The notes under the pieces: model-generated
Told to the model about the DNA's origin: nothing
Databases searched by the model: none
The model's input: only the letters and a program-made list of their open reading frames with translations
Translations under genes and position numbers: made by a program
Source of the DNA: an uncultured Thermoleophilia bacterium
GTDB taxonomy: Bacteria > Actinomycetota > Thermoleophilia > UBA2241
Assembly (NCBI GenBank): GCA_963702475.1
Contig: CAVPCT010000006.1
Location: forward strand, 96,001 to 160,000
Direction: 5' to 3'
Length of the DNA stretch: 64,000 nucleotides
In this document: one piece after another, positions 1 to 9,859 of the stretch
Layout: the number at the start of each line of letters is the position of its first letter
How positions within the stretch are numbered: the first letter of the stretch is position 1

Positions 1-1
1 C

Positions 2-2011
2 GAGCTGCTCGACCACGAACGCGTTCTCGACATGAACGACGGCGTCGTCTACCGCTACTGGCGGCAGCGCGAGGCGGAGGGGCGCACGCTCTCGGTGCGC
101 ACGGCGCGGTTCGCCTCGCTGGCCGACCGCCAGGTGCTGGCCACGCGCGCCGAGGCGACGCTGGAGGACTTCGCGGGACGCATCAGCTGGGAGGGCGCCG
201 TGGGCGTCACGCACGCCGGCGGCCCTACGAAGGAGACCGTGTTCGAACGCCTCGACGGCGCCGGCTTCGTGGCCAGGACCAAAGGGCGCAACGGCGGCGG
301 CCACGCTCTGGCGCTCACCACGCGGGCGGCGCCCGGCTCGCCCGTCGCGCGGCACATGGAGCACGCGCGCGACGTGATCGGCGGTCGCCTGGCGCCCGGC
401 GACCCGGCCACGGTGGACCGCCTGGCCGGGCTGGTCGCCAACCGCCTGCGCGCGCCCACGGCCGACGCGGCGCGCCGCGTCCTGGCGCGCGCGGAGGAGC
501 TCGGCTTCGACGAGCTCCTCGCGCGCCACCGCGCGGCGTGGGCCGAGCGCTGGCGCGACGCCGACCTGCGCATCGAAGGCGACGACTCCGACCAGCAAGC
601 GCTACGCTTCAGCATCTACCACATGATCAGCACCGCGCACCCTACCAAGGACACCGTCTCGGTGGGCGCCCGCGGGCTGGGAGGCATGTCGTACTTCCTG
701 CACGTGTTCTGGGACACCGAGATCTTCGTGCTGCCCTTCTTCATCTACTCGCACCCCCAGACGGCGCGGACGCTGCTGACCTACCGCTACCGAAACCTGG
801 ACGGGGCACGGCAGAAGGCCAGGCACATGGGTCACCGCGGGGCTTTGTACCCGTGGGAGTCGGCGGACAAGGGGGTCGAGACCACGCCCCCCTATGGGTA
901 CGGCCCCGACGGCGAGATGGTCCCCATCCTCTCCGGGCTCATGGAGCACCACATCTCGGGCGACGTGGCCTGGGGCGCGTGGGAGTACTGGATGGGCACC
1001 GGCGACGACGCCTGGATGGCGTCGATGGGCGTGGAGATCATGCTGGAGACGGCGCGTTTCTGGGCCTCCCGCGCCTCAAGGGGCGACGACGACCGCTACC
1101 ACATCCGCATGGTCGTCGGACCCGACGAGTACCACGAAGGTGTGGACGACAACGCCTACACCAACGTGCTGGCGCGCTGGAACATCGGCAAGGCGGTGGA
1201 GGCGCTGGCCTGGCTCGAGCGCGTGGACTCGCCCTACGCCGCCGAGCTTCGCGAGCGGCTCGACCTGAAGGACACCGAGATCTCCGACTGGCTCGAGGTG
1301 GCCTACGGGCTCATCGACGGCTACGACCCCAGGACGAAGCTGTTCGAGCAGTTCTCGGGCTTCTACCAGATGGACGACGTGCCCATCGAGAAGCTGCGGC
1401 CGCGGCCCATGCCGGCCGACCTCCTTCTGGGGCGCGACGTGACGCTGCAGGCCAAGGTCGTGAAGCAGGCCGACGTCGTGATGCTGTGTCACATCCTCTC
1501 GGACGAGCTCGGCGACGAGATCGCGCGCGCCAACTACGACTACTACGAGCCCATCACGTGCCACGGCAGCTCGCTGAGCCCCGGCATCCACGCCGCCGTC
1601 GCGGCCCGCCTCGGCGACGTGCCTACGGCCGTGGAGGACTTCAAGATGGCGGCCGCCATCGACCTGGCCGACAACATGGGCAACGCGGCGCGCGGCTTGC
1701 ACATGGCCACCATGGGCGGCCTCTGGCAGGCCGCGGTCATGGGCTTCGCGGGTCTGCAGCGCCGCCGCGAAGCCCTGCTCATCGACCCGCACCTGCCGCC
1801 CGACTGGAAGCGCGTGCGGGTCCCGCTGTGGTTCCGCGGCGCCCGAGCGGAGTTCGACCTCCATCGGACGAAGCATGCCGACCATGTGGGTATCACTGTA
1901 GAGCGGGCGGCCCTCACGGTGCTCCTCGACGGCGAGGAGCGCTCCCTGCCGCCCGGGAAGCATCTGCTCCGCCGCTCGGACGGCGGGCCCTGGGAGGTGG
2001 TCGTGCCGTGA
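2..2011 (+). CDS. Glycoside hydrolase family 65 (kojibiose/trehalose/maltose phosphorylase-like), 5'-truncated by the window
   Basis: GH65 motifs HVFWDTE, GALYPWES, GPDEYHE..DDNAYTN, KQADVV, HGSSLS; frame is open to the window edge. Confidence 0.9.
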   Translation, partial: ELLDHERVLDMNDGVVYRYWRQREAEGRTLSVRTARFASLADRQVLATRAEATLEDFAGRISWEGAVGVTHAGGPTKETVFERLDGAGFVARTKGRNGGGHALALTTRAAPGSPVARHMEHARDVIGGRLAPGDPATVDRLAGLVANRLRAPTADAARRVLARAEELGFDELLARHRAAWAERWRDADLRIEGDDSDQQALRFSIYHMISTAHPTKDTVSVGARGLGGMSYFLHVFWDTEIFVLPFFIYSHPQTARTLLTYRYRNLDGARQKARHMGHRGALYPWESADKGVETTPPYGYGPDGEMVPILSGLMEHHISGDVAWGAWEYWMGTGDDAWMASMGVEIMLETARFWASRASRGDDDRYHIRMVVGPDEYHEGVDDNAYTNVLARWNIGKAVEALAWLERVDSPYAAELRERLDLKDTEISDWLEVAYGLIDGYDPRTKLFEQFSGFYQMDDVPIEKLRPRPMPADLLLGRDVTLQAKVVKQADVVMLCHILSDELGDEIARANYDYYEPITCHGSSLSPGIHAAVAARLGDVPTAVEDFKMAAAIDLADNMGNAARGLHMATMGGLWQAAVMGFAGLQRRREALLIDPHLPPDWKRVRVPLWFRGARAEFDLHRTKHADHVGITVERAALTVLLDGEERSLPPGKHLLRRSDGGPWEVVVP

Positions 2012-2778
2012 CGCTGCTCATCGCCGTCGCCGACCCTCTGGCGGACGCCGAGCTGCTGGCCAGCGCCCGCAACTTCGCGGCGGCCGCGCACTGGCGAGCC
2101 ACGGGTGTGCACGTGCATCGGGCCGGCGAGCCGGAGCTGGGAAGCGCCGACGTGGAGGGGCTTGAGGTGGCGGAGGTGGAGGGCGAGCCGGCCGAGTCGC
2201 TGGCGGGGTTCGTCGACAGCGTCGACGCCCAGGCGCTCGCCCTGGGGCTGCGCACCCGTACCGGACCGGGCATCGGGCGCGTGGCCGAGAGGGTCATCGC
2301 GCATCACGGGCTGCCGCTGTTCCTGGTCAGGCCGGGCATGCGCCCCCTCACCGGCCTGCGTCGTCTCGTGGTCCCGCTGGAGGGCAGCCCGTCGGGTTCG
2401 GCGGCCATGAAGCACGCCGACGACGCCCTGTGCAGACGCGGCCGCGAGATCGTGATGCTGCACGTCGTGACTGGCCACAGGCCGGCTGAGGAGGGCAGCT
2501 TCCCGGCGCCGCGCATCGTCGACCAGGAGCACTACGAGTGGAGCGCCTGGCAGGAGGAGTTCACCATGCGCTTCTCGCAGTGCCCCGAGGGCGGCCGACA
2601 CCGCGTGAGCGTGCGCGTCGGCGACCCGGCCAAGCTCATCGTCAAGGAGAGCATCTCGCTGCAGGCCGAGCTCATCGTGCTGAGCTGGCGCGGCAGTTTC
2701 GACGGCGACCGCGGGGCCGTGGTGAAGGAGCTGCTGGCCGCGGCCCCGTGCCCGCTGCTCATCGTGCCGGCCGGCTGA
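2008..2778 (+). CDS. Universal stress protein (tandem USP-like domains)
   Basis: GTG overlaps the GH65 TGA; LVVPLEGS..S..A, VRVGDPA..I, LL..APCPLLIVP are typical of USP. Confidence 0.8.
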   Translation: MTLLIAVADPLADAELLASARNFAAAAHWRATGVHVHRAGEPELGSADVEGLEVAEVEGEPAESLAGFVDSVDAQALALGLRTRTGPGIGRVAERVIAHHGLPLFLVRPGMRPLTGLRRLVVPLEGSPSGSAAMKHADDALCRRGREIVMLHVVTGHRPAEEGSFPAPRIVDQEHYEWSAWQEEFTMRFSQCPEGGRHRVSVRVGDPAKLIVKESISLQAELIVLSWRGSFDGDRGAVVKELLAAAPCPLLIVPAG

Positions 2779-2991
2779 GCCGCTGCGCGGCGGCGCCGGC
2801 CGCAGCGGCCGACGTGCCGCCCTTGGCCTGCGGGCACGTCTGCGATCCGCCCGGGGGGCCGGCTCAAGTTCGGCGGCGACTCCGTCGACATCGGGACCGC
2901 TGGTCTAGAATCGCAGTGTCGCAGCGGTCGTGGCGACAGCGTCACACGGGGCCGCCGGCGCAGACGGCCTTCATCGCACGGAGGGGGGAGC

Positions 2992-5919
2992 ATGGCCGCA
3001 GCAACCGAAGCTCCCGGCGCGGGGGCTAAGGGATCCGCCGCGCCGGCCTGGTACGCGCAGTCGCCGGATGACGTCACCGCCGAGCTCGGCGCGAACGTGG
3101 CGTCGGGCCTGACCGCCGCCGAGGCGGCCTCGCGGCTCCAGAAGGACGGCCCCAACGCCCTTCCCGCCGAGAAGGCCAAGCCCGGCTGGCTGCGGTTCGT
3201 GGACGAGTACCGCAGCTACATGCAGATCATCCTGCTCGTCGCCGGCATCTTCTCCATGGTCATCGGCCAGTTCCACACCGGCGTCATGGTGCTGATCCTC
3301 ACCGTGATCAACGCCGTGGTCGGCCTGCGCGAGGAGGGCAAGGCCGAGAGCGCCATGAACGCGCTCAAGTCGATGATGAAAGCCACTGCCCGCGTGAGGC
3401 GCGACGGGGCCGAGGCGCAGATCCCGGCGGAGCAGGTGGTGGCCGGGGACACCGTGCTGCTGGCCGCCGGCGACCAGGTGCCGGCGGACGGTCGCATCGT
3501 CCAGGCCGCGGCCCTGCAGATCGACGAGTCGGCGCTCACCGGTGAGAGCGTGCCGGCCTCCAAGGACGCCCAGACCCTGAGCGGCGCCGGCCTCGGCCCG
3601 GGCGACCAGACCGACATGGCGTTCATGAACACGCCGGTCACGCACGGCAGCGGCGTGATGATCGTCACCGGCACCGGCGCCGACACCGAGGTCGGCAAGA
3701 TCGCCGGGATGCTCTCCGCGACCAAGGTGGAACAGACGCCCCTTACCATCCAGCTCAACCGCATGACCCTGTGGATCGGCGCGGCTGCGCTGTTCACCAT
3801 GATCATCATGTTCGTGCTCGGCCTGCAGCGCGGCCAGGAGTGGAGCGCGCTCTTCGTCACCGCCATCGCTCTGGCCATCGCCGCCATCCCCGAGGCGCTG
3901 CCCACCGTGTCCCAGGTCATCCTCTCCATGGGCGCCATGGACCTCGCGAAGCGCAACGCCATCGTCAAGAACCTCTCGTCGGTGGAGACGCTGGGCTCCA
4001 CATCGGCCATCAACTCCGACAAGACCGGCACGCTCACGATGAACCAGATGACCGTGGTCGAGGTGCTGGACCTCACCGATCGCTGGGAGATCACCGGCAC
4101 CGGCTACAGCCTCGACGGCACCGTGAAGCACTCCGTCGGCGCCTCGCCGTCCATCGACGAGGCGATCCTGCCGTTCCTCATCGCCAACGACGCCAAGCTG
4201 GAGGACGGTAAGGTGGTCGGCGACCCCACCGAGGGCGCCATGCTGGTGCTGGCCCACAAGGCCGGCCTCAGCGTGGACGCCACGCGCGACAAGTACCCGC
4301 GCCTCGCCACGCTGCCGTTCGACCCCACCTACAAGCTCATGGCCACGTTCAACGACACCACCGACGCCGAGGGCAAGAAAGTGGTGCGCTGCTTCGTCAA
4401 GGGCGCGGCCCCGGCCGTCGGCAGCCGTTCCACGTGCGTGGAGGCCGGGGGCCAGTGCGTTCCCGTGGACGACGACCTCAAACAGAAGGCCGCGAACGCT
4501 TCGCAGCGGCTGGGCGGCCAGGGACTGCGCGTCATGGCCGCCGCCTACAAGGACATCGACCCCGTCGAGTTCAAGGCCGACGGCGACCTGCTCGGGTACT
4601 GTACCGAGCTCCACCTGGTCAGCGTCATCGGCATGATCGATCCGCCGCGGGCGGAGTCGGCGGCGGCGGTCAAGAGCGCGCAGGACGCCCACATCCGTGT
4701 GCGCATGGTGACCGGCGACGACGTCGTCACCGGGGCCGCCGTGGCCAAGCAGGTCGGCATCCCGGGTGAGGCCATCCTGGGCGCCGACTTCGCCGCCCTC
4801 AGCGAGGACGAGCGCCTCAAACGCATCGACGACATCGGCGTGGTCGGTCGCGTCGCCCCCGAGCACAAGGTGCTCCTGGCGCAGACGCTCAAGAAGAAGG
4901 GCGACGTGGTCGCCATGACCGGGGACGGCGTCAACGACGCCCCGGCCATCAAGGCCGCCGACATCGGCATCGCCATGGGCACCGGCACCGAGGTGGCCAA
5001 GAACGCCGGCCGCATGATCCTCTCCGACGACAACTTCGCGACCATCGTGTTCGCCGTCGAGCAGGGCCGCAAGCTGTTCGACAACCTCAACAAGTACATC
5101 TCCTTCGTACTCATCACCCTGGCCGCGTTCGTGCTCACGTTCCTCGGGGCGACGATCCTCAACATCATGGCCGGGGAGCCGTTCACGGCCACGCAGATCC
5201 TCTGGATCAACTTCCTCGTGGACGCGCCGCTCGGTGTGGCGCTCGGCTTCGACAAGGAGACGCCGGGGCTCATGCTGCGCCGGCCCCGGCCACGCAACGC
5301 CTCCATCCTCACGCGGCAGATGCTCACCACGGTGGGCCTCACCGGTCTGTTCATGGCCGCGTTCCTGCTCTTCCTGCTGAGCCGCGGCACCGCGCACTAC
5401 GGCGACGCCGTCGTCGGCACGACCATGGCCATGACCGCGTTCGCCGCCTTCCGCATCGTGAGCGCCTTCGAGAGCCGCAGCCCCACCGGCACCGTGATCA
5501 CGGTGGCGACCTTCAACAGCAAGCAGATGAACTACATCGTGCTGTTCGAGATCGTGCTGATGATCCTCGTGGTCGGCTTCGACCTGCTCAACCGCTGGCT
5601 GGGCACCGCCGACATGACGTGGGAGCAGTGGGGGCTCTCGTTGGCTCCGGCGGGGATCCTGTTCGTGCTCTGGGAGGCCGGCAAGGCCATCGCGCGGGTC
5701 GTTGAGAAGAAGGAGGAGGGCGCGCAGGCGGCCGGCCCGGCTTCGCCCGCGGGTCCGGCGGCTGCGTCCGGCCCGGCGGGTTCGTCCGACGCCGCGCGGC
5801 CTGACGCTTCTGCTGCGTCCGACACCGCGCCTTCGCCAGGCACTGCGGCCCCGCTCAAGCCCGCGGGTCCAGCAGCCGCCTCCGGCGCGCAGTCGGCGGG
5901 GGAGGGCACCTCGGCCTGA
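2992..5919 (+). CDS. Cation-transporting P-type ATPase (type II, Ca2+/PacL/CtpF-like)
   Basis: TGES, IPEAL, DKTGTLT, MVTGD, GDGVNDAP; Ala/Pro-rich C-terminal tail. Confidence 0.95.
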   Translation: MAAATEAPGAGAKGSAAPAWYAQSPDDVTAELGANVASGLTAAEAASRLQKDGPNALPAEKAKPGWLRFVDEYRSYMQIILLVAGIFSMVIGQFHTGVMVLILTVINAVVGLREEGKAESAMNALKSMMKATARVRRDGAEAQIPAEQVVAGDTVLLAAGDQVPADGRIVQAAALQIDESALTGESVPASKDAQTLSGAGLGPGDQTDMAFMNTPVTHGSGVMIVTGTGADTEVGKIAGMLSATKVEQTPLTIQLNRMTLWIGAAALFTMIIMFVLGLQRGQEWSALFVTAIALAIAAIPEALPTVSQVILSMGAMDLAKRNAIVKNLSSVETLGSTSAINSDKTGTLTMNQMTVVEVLDLTDRWEITGTGYSLDGTVKHSVGASPSIDEAILPFLIANDAKLEDGKVVGDPTEGAMLVLAHKAGLSVDATRDKYPRLATLPFDPTYKLMATFNDTTDAEGKKVVRCFVKGAAPAVGSRSTCVEAGGQCVPVDDDLKQKAANASQRLGGQGLRVMAAAYKDIDPVEFKADGDLLGYCTELHLVSVIGMIDPPRAESAAAVKSAQDAHIRVRMVTGDDVVTGAAVAKQVGIPGEAILGADFAALSEDERLKRIDDIGVVGRVAPEHKVLLAQTLKKKGDVVAMTGDGVNDAPAIKAADIGIAMGTGTEVAKNAGRMILSDDNFATIVFAVEQGRKLFDNLNKYISFVLITLAAFVLTFLGATILNIMAGEPFTATQILWINFLVDAPLGVALGFDKETPGLMLRRPRPRNASILTRQMLTTVGLTGLFMAAFLLFLLSRGTAHYGDAVVGTTMAMTAFAAFRIVSAFESRSPTGTVITVATFNSKQMNYIVLFEIVLMILVVGFDLLNRWLGTADMTWEQWGLSLAPAGILFVLWEAGKAIARVVEKKEEGAQAAGPASPAGPAAASGPAGSSDAARPDASAASDTAPSPGTAAPLKPAGPAAASGAQSAGEGTSA

Positions 5920-5959
5920 GCCGGGATCGCGCGGTCGCCGCGAGCGAAGACGAGGCCGC

Positions 5960-7309
5960 CTAGCGCGGCACGTGGCGAGGCCCGGGGCCGCCTTGGCGGC
6001 CCCGGGCCTCGCCGTCTTCGGCCGCGCCGACGTGCCCGTGCCGCAGCCAGAGCGGAACGACCGGCGCCCAGAGCAGGAACAGCACGCCCAGGACCACGAA
6101 GGTGGCCTGCGGGCCGAGCCAAGGCACCAGCGCCACGGCGGCGACGGCGGCGGCAACGCGGGCCGTGTTGAAGGCGAGATCGATGGCCGTCATCACGCGC
6201 CCGCGATAGCGGTCGGGCACGGCCTGCTGGGCCAGGGTGTCCACGGGAACGCGCGTCCATCCGTAGGACGCCCCCAGCAGGAGTGCGCCTGCCGTCAGAC
6301 TGGCAGCATTGAGGGTGACGAATGCGGCCGGGAACAGCCCCGCAGCCGAGAGCACGAACGCCGCGCCGATCAGCAGTGGGCTCGGCAGGCGGCTGCGCAT
6401 GGCGCCGGCCGTCAGGAACCCCAGGAAGACGCCTACGCCACCGGCCGCCACCAGCCCGGAGAAGGTGATCAGCCCACCGCCGAGTTGCTCCTTGATGACG
6501 ACGAGCGCGGCGGCGATCACCAGCACCTGCAGGAACTGGCCGGCGGCCACCGTGAGGATCGGGGCCAGGGCGGCCGGCGTGCGGCCGATGCGGCGGAAGC
6601 CGTCGCCCAGGTCGGAGACCGTCTCCAGCACCTGACCGGCCAGGCTGCAGACCCGCGGCCGCTCGGGAGGCAGGGGGCCGGAGAGACGCGCCGCCAGCAG
6701 CGCGGCGGCCGCCCACACCAGGCCCGTGAAGACGAGGACGGCTCCCGTCCCGGCGGCGCCCGCCACCAGCCCGCCGGCCAGCATGCCCCCGAAGAGGGCG
6801 ATGGTACCGACCACGGCCGCCACCATGTTCGCGGTGAACAGCAGGCCGTGGCCGGGGTGCGGTCGCGATCCGCCTTCCGCGCCGTGCTCATCCCCATCCG
6901 GCGGCACGACGCGCGGGACCACGGCTCCGGCGGTCGCCGTGAACAGCCGGTTCATGGAGAACACCATGAGGGTCCCGGTGTACACGGCGGCGAGTCCGGC
7001 CACACCGGGCAGCGCGAGAACGGCTGCCCCCGCTCGCAGGAGGGGGAGCCCCACCAGGATCGGGCGGCGAGGGTAGCGGTCGACGAACACCCCTGCGATC
7101 GGCTCGAGAAGCGAGAACGGCAGCAGCGTGAGGACGGTGGCGACGGCGAAGCCGCGCACGGTGCTCTGCGATTCGGGCGAGAACACCACGGTGTTGACGA
7201 CCGCCGCCAGGAAGGCGCCCTCCCCCACCTGGCTGGCGAAGCGGGCCGCGATCAGCACGCGGAAGTCGCGGCCCGCAAGCACGATCCGCAACCGCGTGAG
7301 CTCGTCCAC
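5960..7309 (-). CDS. MFS transporter
   Basis: ~12 hydrophobic segments, G.FVDRYPRR motif A, VPDRYRGRV; GTG at 7309 with purine-rich RBS. Confidence 0.85.
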   Translation of the reverse strand: MDELTRLRIVLAGRDFRVLIAARFASQVGEGAFLAAVVNTVVFSPESQSTVRGFAVATVLTLLPFSLLEPIAGVFVDRYPRRPILVGLPLLRAGAAVLALPGVAGLAAVYTGTLMVFSMNRLFTATAGAVVPRVVPPDGDEHGAEGGSRPHPGHGLLFTANMVAAVVGTIALFGGMLAGGLVAGAAGTGAVLVFTGLVWAAAALLAARLSGPLPPERPRVCSLAGQVLETVSDLGDGFRRIGRTPAALAPILTVAAGQFLQVLVIAAALVVIKEQLGGGLITFSGLVAAGGVGVFLGFLTAGAMRSRLPSPLLIGAAFVLSAAGLFPAAFVTLNAASLTAGALLLGASYGWTRVPVDTLAQQAVPDRYRGRVMTAIDLAFNTARVAAAVAAVALVPWLGPQATFVVLGVLFLLWAPVVPLWLRHGHVGAAEDGEARGRQGGPGPRHVPR

Positions 7310-7490
7310 GACCCGCGCGCCTTCCTTCCTCGCCGGCGCCTCCAGTATCCGTGCCGTCTCGTCGTCTGACCAGCGGGACAGGAGGAGCCGGACGTCCTGC
7401 GATGGGCGCCGCGGCAGGACATAGCGGCGCCCGCGCACAGACGGGCCCGGCGTTGCGGGTGCACCCCTCGCGCCAGGCACGCGCAGCCGT

Positions 7491-7958
7491 TCAGGCCTCC
7501 GGCCCGGCCAGTCTCTTGCTCATCGCCCGCGGTCGGCAGATGGTGCCGAGCTGGGGGCAGTCGCGGCAGCCGGCGAGCAGCTGCTCCTGCTCCTCGCCGG
7601 CCTCCACCAGTCCATAGCCCATGCTGAGGTAGAAGCCGGGCGCCCTCGCAGTCACCCACAGTGTGCGGATACCGCGGCGCCGTGCCTCGTCCTCGACGGT
7701 CGCCAGCAGCAGCCGGCCGAGACCGCGGCCGCGGGCGGACTCCGCCACGGCGATCCAGCCGATCACGGGCAGGCCGGCATCCTCGTCGAGCGAGACCACG
7801 CCGACCAGCCGCCGCCCGTCGTAGGCCCCCCAGAGCGCGAGCGGCGGCGCCGGGTGTTCAGAGACCTCGAGGCCGGCGCCGACGGCGAGCTCCCGTGCCG
7901 CGGCGTGGTCGGCGGTCGGGTGCACGCGGATCCCATCTGTGCACGGTCCATGGCTCAC
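7491..7958 (-). CDS. GNAT N-acetyltransferase with C-terminal CxxC...C
   Basis: V...ARGRGLGR.LL motif A, GFY..MGY; start approximate. Confidence 0.8.
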   Translation of the reverse strand: MSHGPCTDGIRVHPTADHAAARELAVGAGLEVSEHPAPPLALWGAYDGRRLVGVVSLDEDAGLPVIGWIAVAESARGRGLGRLLLATVEDEARRRGIRTLWVTARAPGFYLSMGYGLVEAGEEQEQLLAGCRDCPQLGTICRPRAMSKRLAGPEA

Positions 7959-8052
7959 GTCCAGGGAGTCTACCTGACGAACAGGGCTCTGGCGCCTGGC
8001 CCACAGGCGTGATGGAGTGTGGTGCGGCAGTGTGGGTGACGGGAGGTGCCGC

Positions 8053-9243
8053 ATGGGTGAGTCCCCGCGTGAGCGGACGGTGGTGAACGAGACGGGCGTG
8101 GCCCGCGTGCTCGTCACCAGGGAGCTGCCCGGGAGCCGTTGGCTCGACGTGCTCGTCAAGGCGGAGTGTCGCGTGGAGATCGTCCAGGGTGACCAAGAGC
8201 GCACCTCCGGTCTGCTTCGCGAGGCCATGGGCGCCCGCTGCGCAGCCGTGATCGGCCAGCTCACCGAGCCGTGGGATCGGTCTCTGCTGGAAGCGCTCAG
8301 GGACGCCGGCGGCAGGATCTACAGCCAGTACGCCGCCGGCTTCGACAACGTGGACGTGCCGGCCGCCACCGCACTGGGACTGCCTGTCGGCACCACACCC
8401 GGGGTGCTCACGGAGACCACCGCGGAGCTGGCCGTCGCCCTGACGTTCGCGGCCGCGCGCCGCATCGCGGAGGGCGACCGCCTCATGCGGGCGGAGGGCT
8501 TCGGTGTCTGGTTGCCGCAGCTCCTGCTCGGCGACCTGTTGTACCGGGGCACCGTGGGCGTCATCGGTGCCGGACGCATCGGCACGGCCTACGCGCGGAT
8601 GATGGCCGAGGGCCACAAGATGGACGTCGTCTACCTCGACCCACACAAGAACGCGGCGCTGGAGAGCTCCCTGTGGGACTACTCGGAGCTGCTCGCGGCA
8701 CGCGGGGAGGCTCGCGTGAGCTGCCGGCGCGCCGGCAGCCTGCACGAGCTGCTGGCCGCGTGCGACGTGGTGAGTCTGCACGCCGGGCTCACGCCCGAGA
8801 CGCGGCACCTCATCGGCGCGCCCGAGCTGGCGGTCATGCGTGATGACGCCGTGCTCGTGAACGCCGCCCGCGGGCCGCTGGTGGACGAAGTCGCGCTGGT
8901 GGAGCACTGTCGCACTCACCCGCGCTTCCGCGCCGGCCTGGACGTCTACGAACACGAGCCGGCGCTCACTCCGGGTCTGGCGGAGCTGGACAGCGTGGTG
9001 CTGTCACCTCATCTGGGGTCGGCCGCGCGGTCCACGCGCGAGGGCATGGCGACCCTGGCGGCGGCCAACGTGCGCGCCGCTCTCAACGGCTGGCCGGTGT
9101 GGCCGGCGGCCGACGACCTGGACGACGTGAGGCCGTTCCTCGCCGGAGCGGTGGATGACATGCCGCAGGCCGCGCCCAGCATCGTCAACGCGGCGGAGCT
9201 GGGACTGCGTCGCCTGCCTCGGGCCTGGGCAGAAGGGGCGTGA
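8053..9243 (+). CDS. D-2-hydroxyacid dehydrogenase, hydroxypyruvate reductase/D-glycerate dehydrogenase (plant HPR1-like)
   Basis: GQLTEPW, TPGVLTETTAELA, GAGRIG, RGPLVDE, LDVYE.EP, PHLGSA, TREGMATLAA.NV, PSIVNA. Confidence 0.88.
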   Translation: MGESPRERTVVNETGVARVLVTRELPGSRWLDVLVKAECRVEIVQGDQERTSGLLREAMGARCAAVIGQLTEPWDRSLLEALRDAGGRIYSQYAAGFDNVDVPAATALGLPVGTTPGVLTETTAELAVALTFAAARRIAEGDRLMRAEGFGVWLPQLLLGDLLYRGTVGVIGAGRIGTAYARMMAEGHKMDVVYLDPHKNAALESSLWDYSELLAARGEARVSCRRAGSLHELLAACDVVSLHAGLTPETRHLIGAPELAVMRDDAVLVNAARGPLVDEVALVEHCRTHPRFRAGLDVYEHEPALTPGLAELDSVVLSPHLGSAARSTREGMATLAAANVRAALNGWPVWPAADDLDDVRPFLAGAVDDMPQAAPSIVNAAELGLRRLPRAWAEGA

Positions 9244-9362
9244 CGGCCGGTCCGCGGGACGGACTCCGCCCTGACTTACGTCAACGACTTCCGCGCCGTC
9301 CTCGCCGACGATGACTGACAAAGCCGGGTCTCCCGAGGAGTGACGGGCGACCGGTCGGAGGT

Positions 9363-9401
9363 CCGGCGAGGCCGTGTGGCGCTGCCGCACGGCCTCGCCG
9401 G
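9363..9401. terminator. GC-rich hairpin between hpr and the next gene
   Basis: ccggcgaggccgtg-N11-cacggcctcgccgg inverted repeat; no U-tract. Confidence 0.35.
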
Positions 9402-9427
9402 CTCAGCCCGAGACGAGGAGAAGCGAC

Positions 9428-9763
9428 ATGGAGCTGCGCGCAGAGATCGACCCCGGCGTGTGCGGGTATTCCACCGCCGTGACCGCGAGGTCCGACGACG
9501 GCCGGCACGTCGAGTTCACGTTCGAGTGCGACTGCGACCTCATCGCCGCGCTCGCGGACAAGGTCGCGGAGATCCAGCCGGTCGACGCGATCGCCACGCT
9601 GAGCCCGGACGAGAACGCGGTCCTCGCCGAGGCCCGCAAGATCCTGCAGGGCGCCGGCTGCTGCGAGGCGTGCGTGGTGCCGCAGGGAGCGGTGAAGGCC
9701 ATGTACATCATCACCGGTCTGGCGCTTCCGCGGAACGTCTCGATGAAGCTCCGCGACGAGTGA
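9428..9763 (+). CDS. Small Cys-rich hypothetical protein (resembles DUF6951-type proteins as I recall them)
   Basis: GAGGAG RBS; PGVCG...CDC...CCEACVVP.G.VKA...GLALP. Confidence 0.7.
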   Translation: MELRAEIDPGVCGYSTAVTARSDDGRHVEFTFECDCDLIAALADKVAEIQPVDAIATLSPDENAVLAEARKILQGAGCCEACVVPQGAVKAMYIITGLALPRNVSMKLRDE

Positions 9764-9859
9764 GCGTCGCCCGATCCTCGAGCGCCTGCGGTAGACTCAG
9801 GGCACCCCACCCGTCCGCCGGCCGCGCTGCGCACGGCCCCGTGCCGAAAGGAGCCCAAG

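Noticed and set aside
5720-5916. Repeat-like Ala/Pro/Ser tail of the P-type ATPase
   Set aside because: Low-complexity disordered tail with only short imperfect repeats; not a CRISPR array or tandem repeat.
9241-9318. Coding-like sequence continuing in frame after the hpr TGA
   Set aside because: No Cys-equivalent position or SECIS support, and homologues end before this point.
9310-9362. Faint resemblance to a c-di-GMP-I riboswitch (CAAAGCC.GGGTCT)
   Set aside because: The first hairpin and GNRA loop are not identifiable. It would need an Infernal/Rfam scan.
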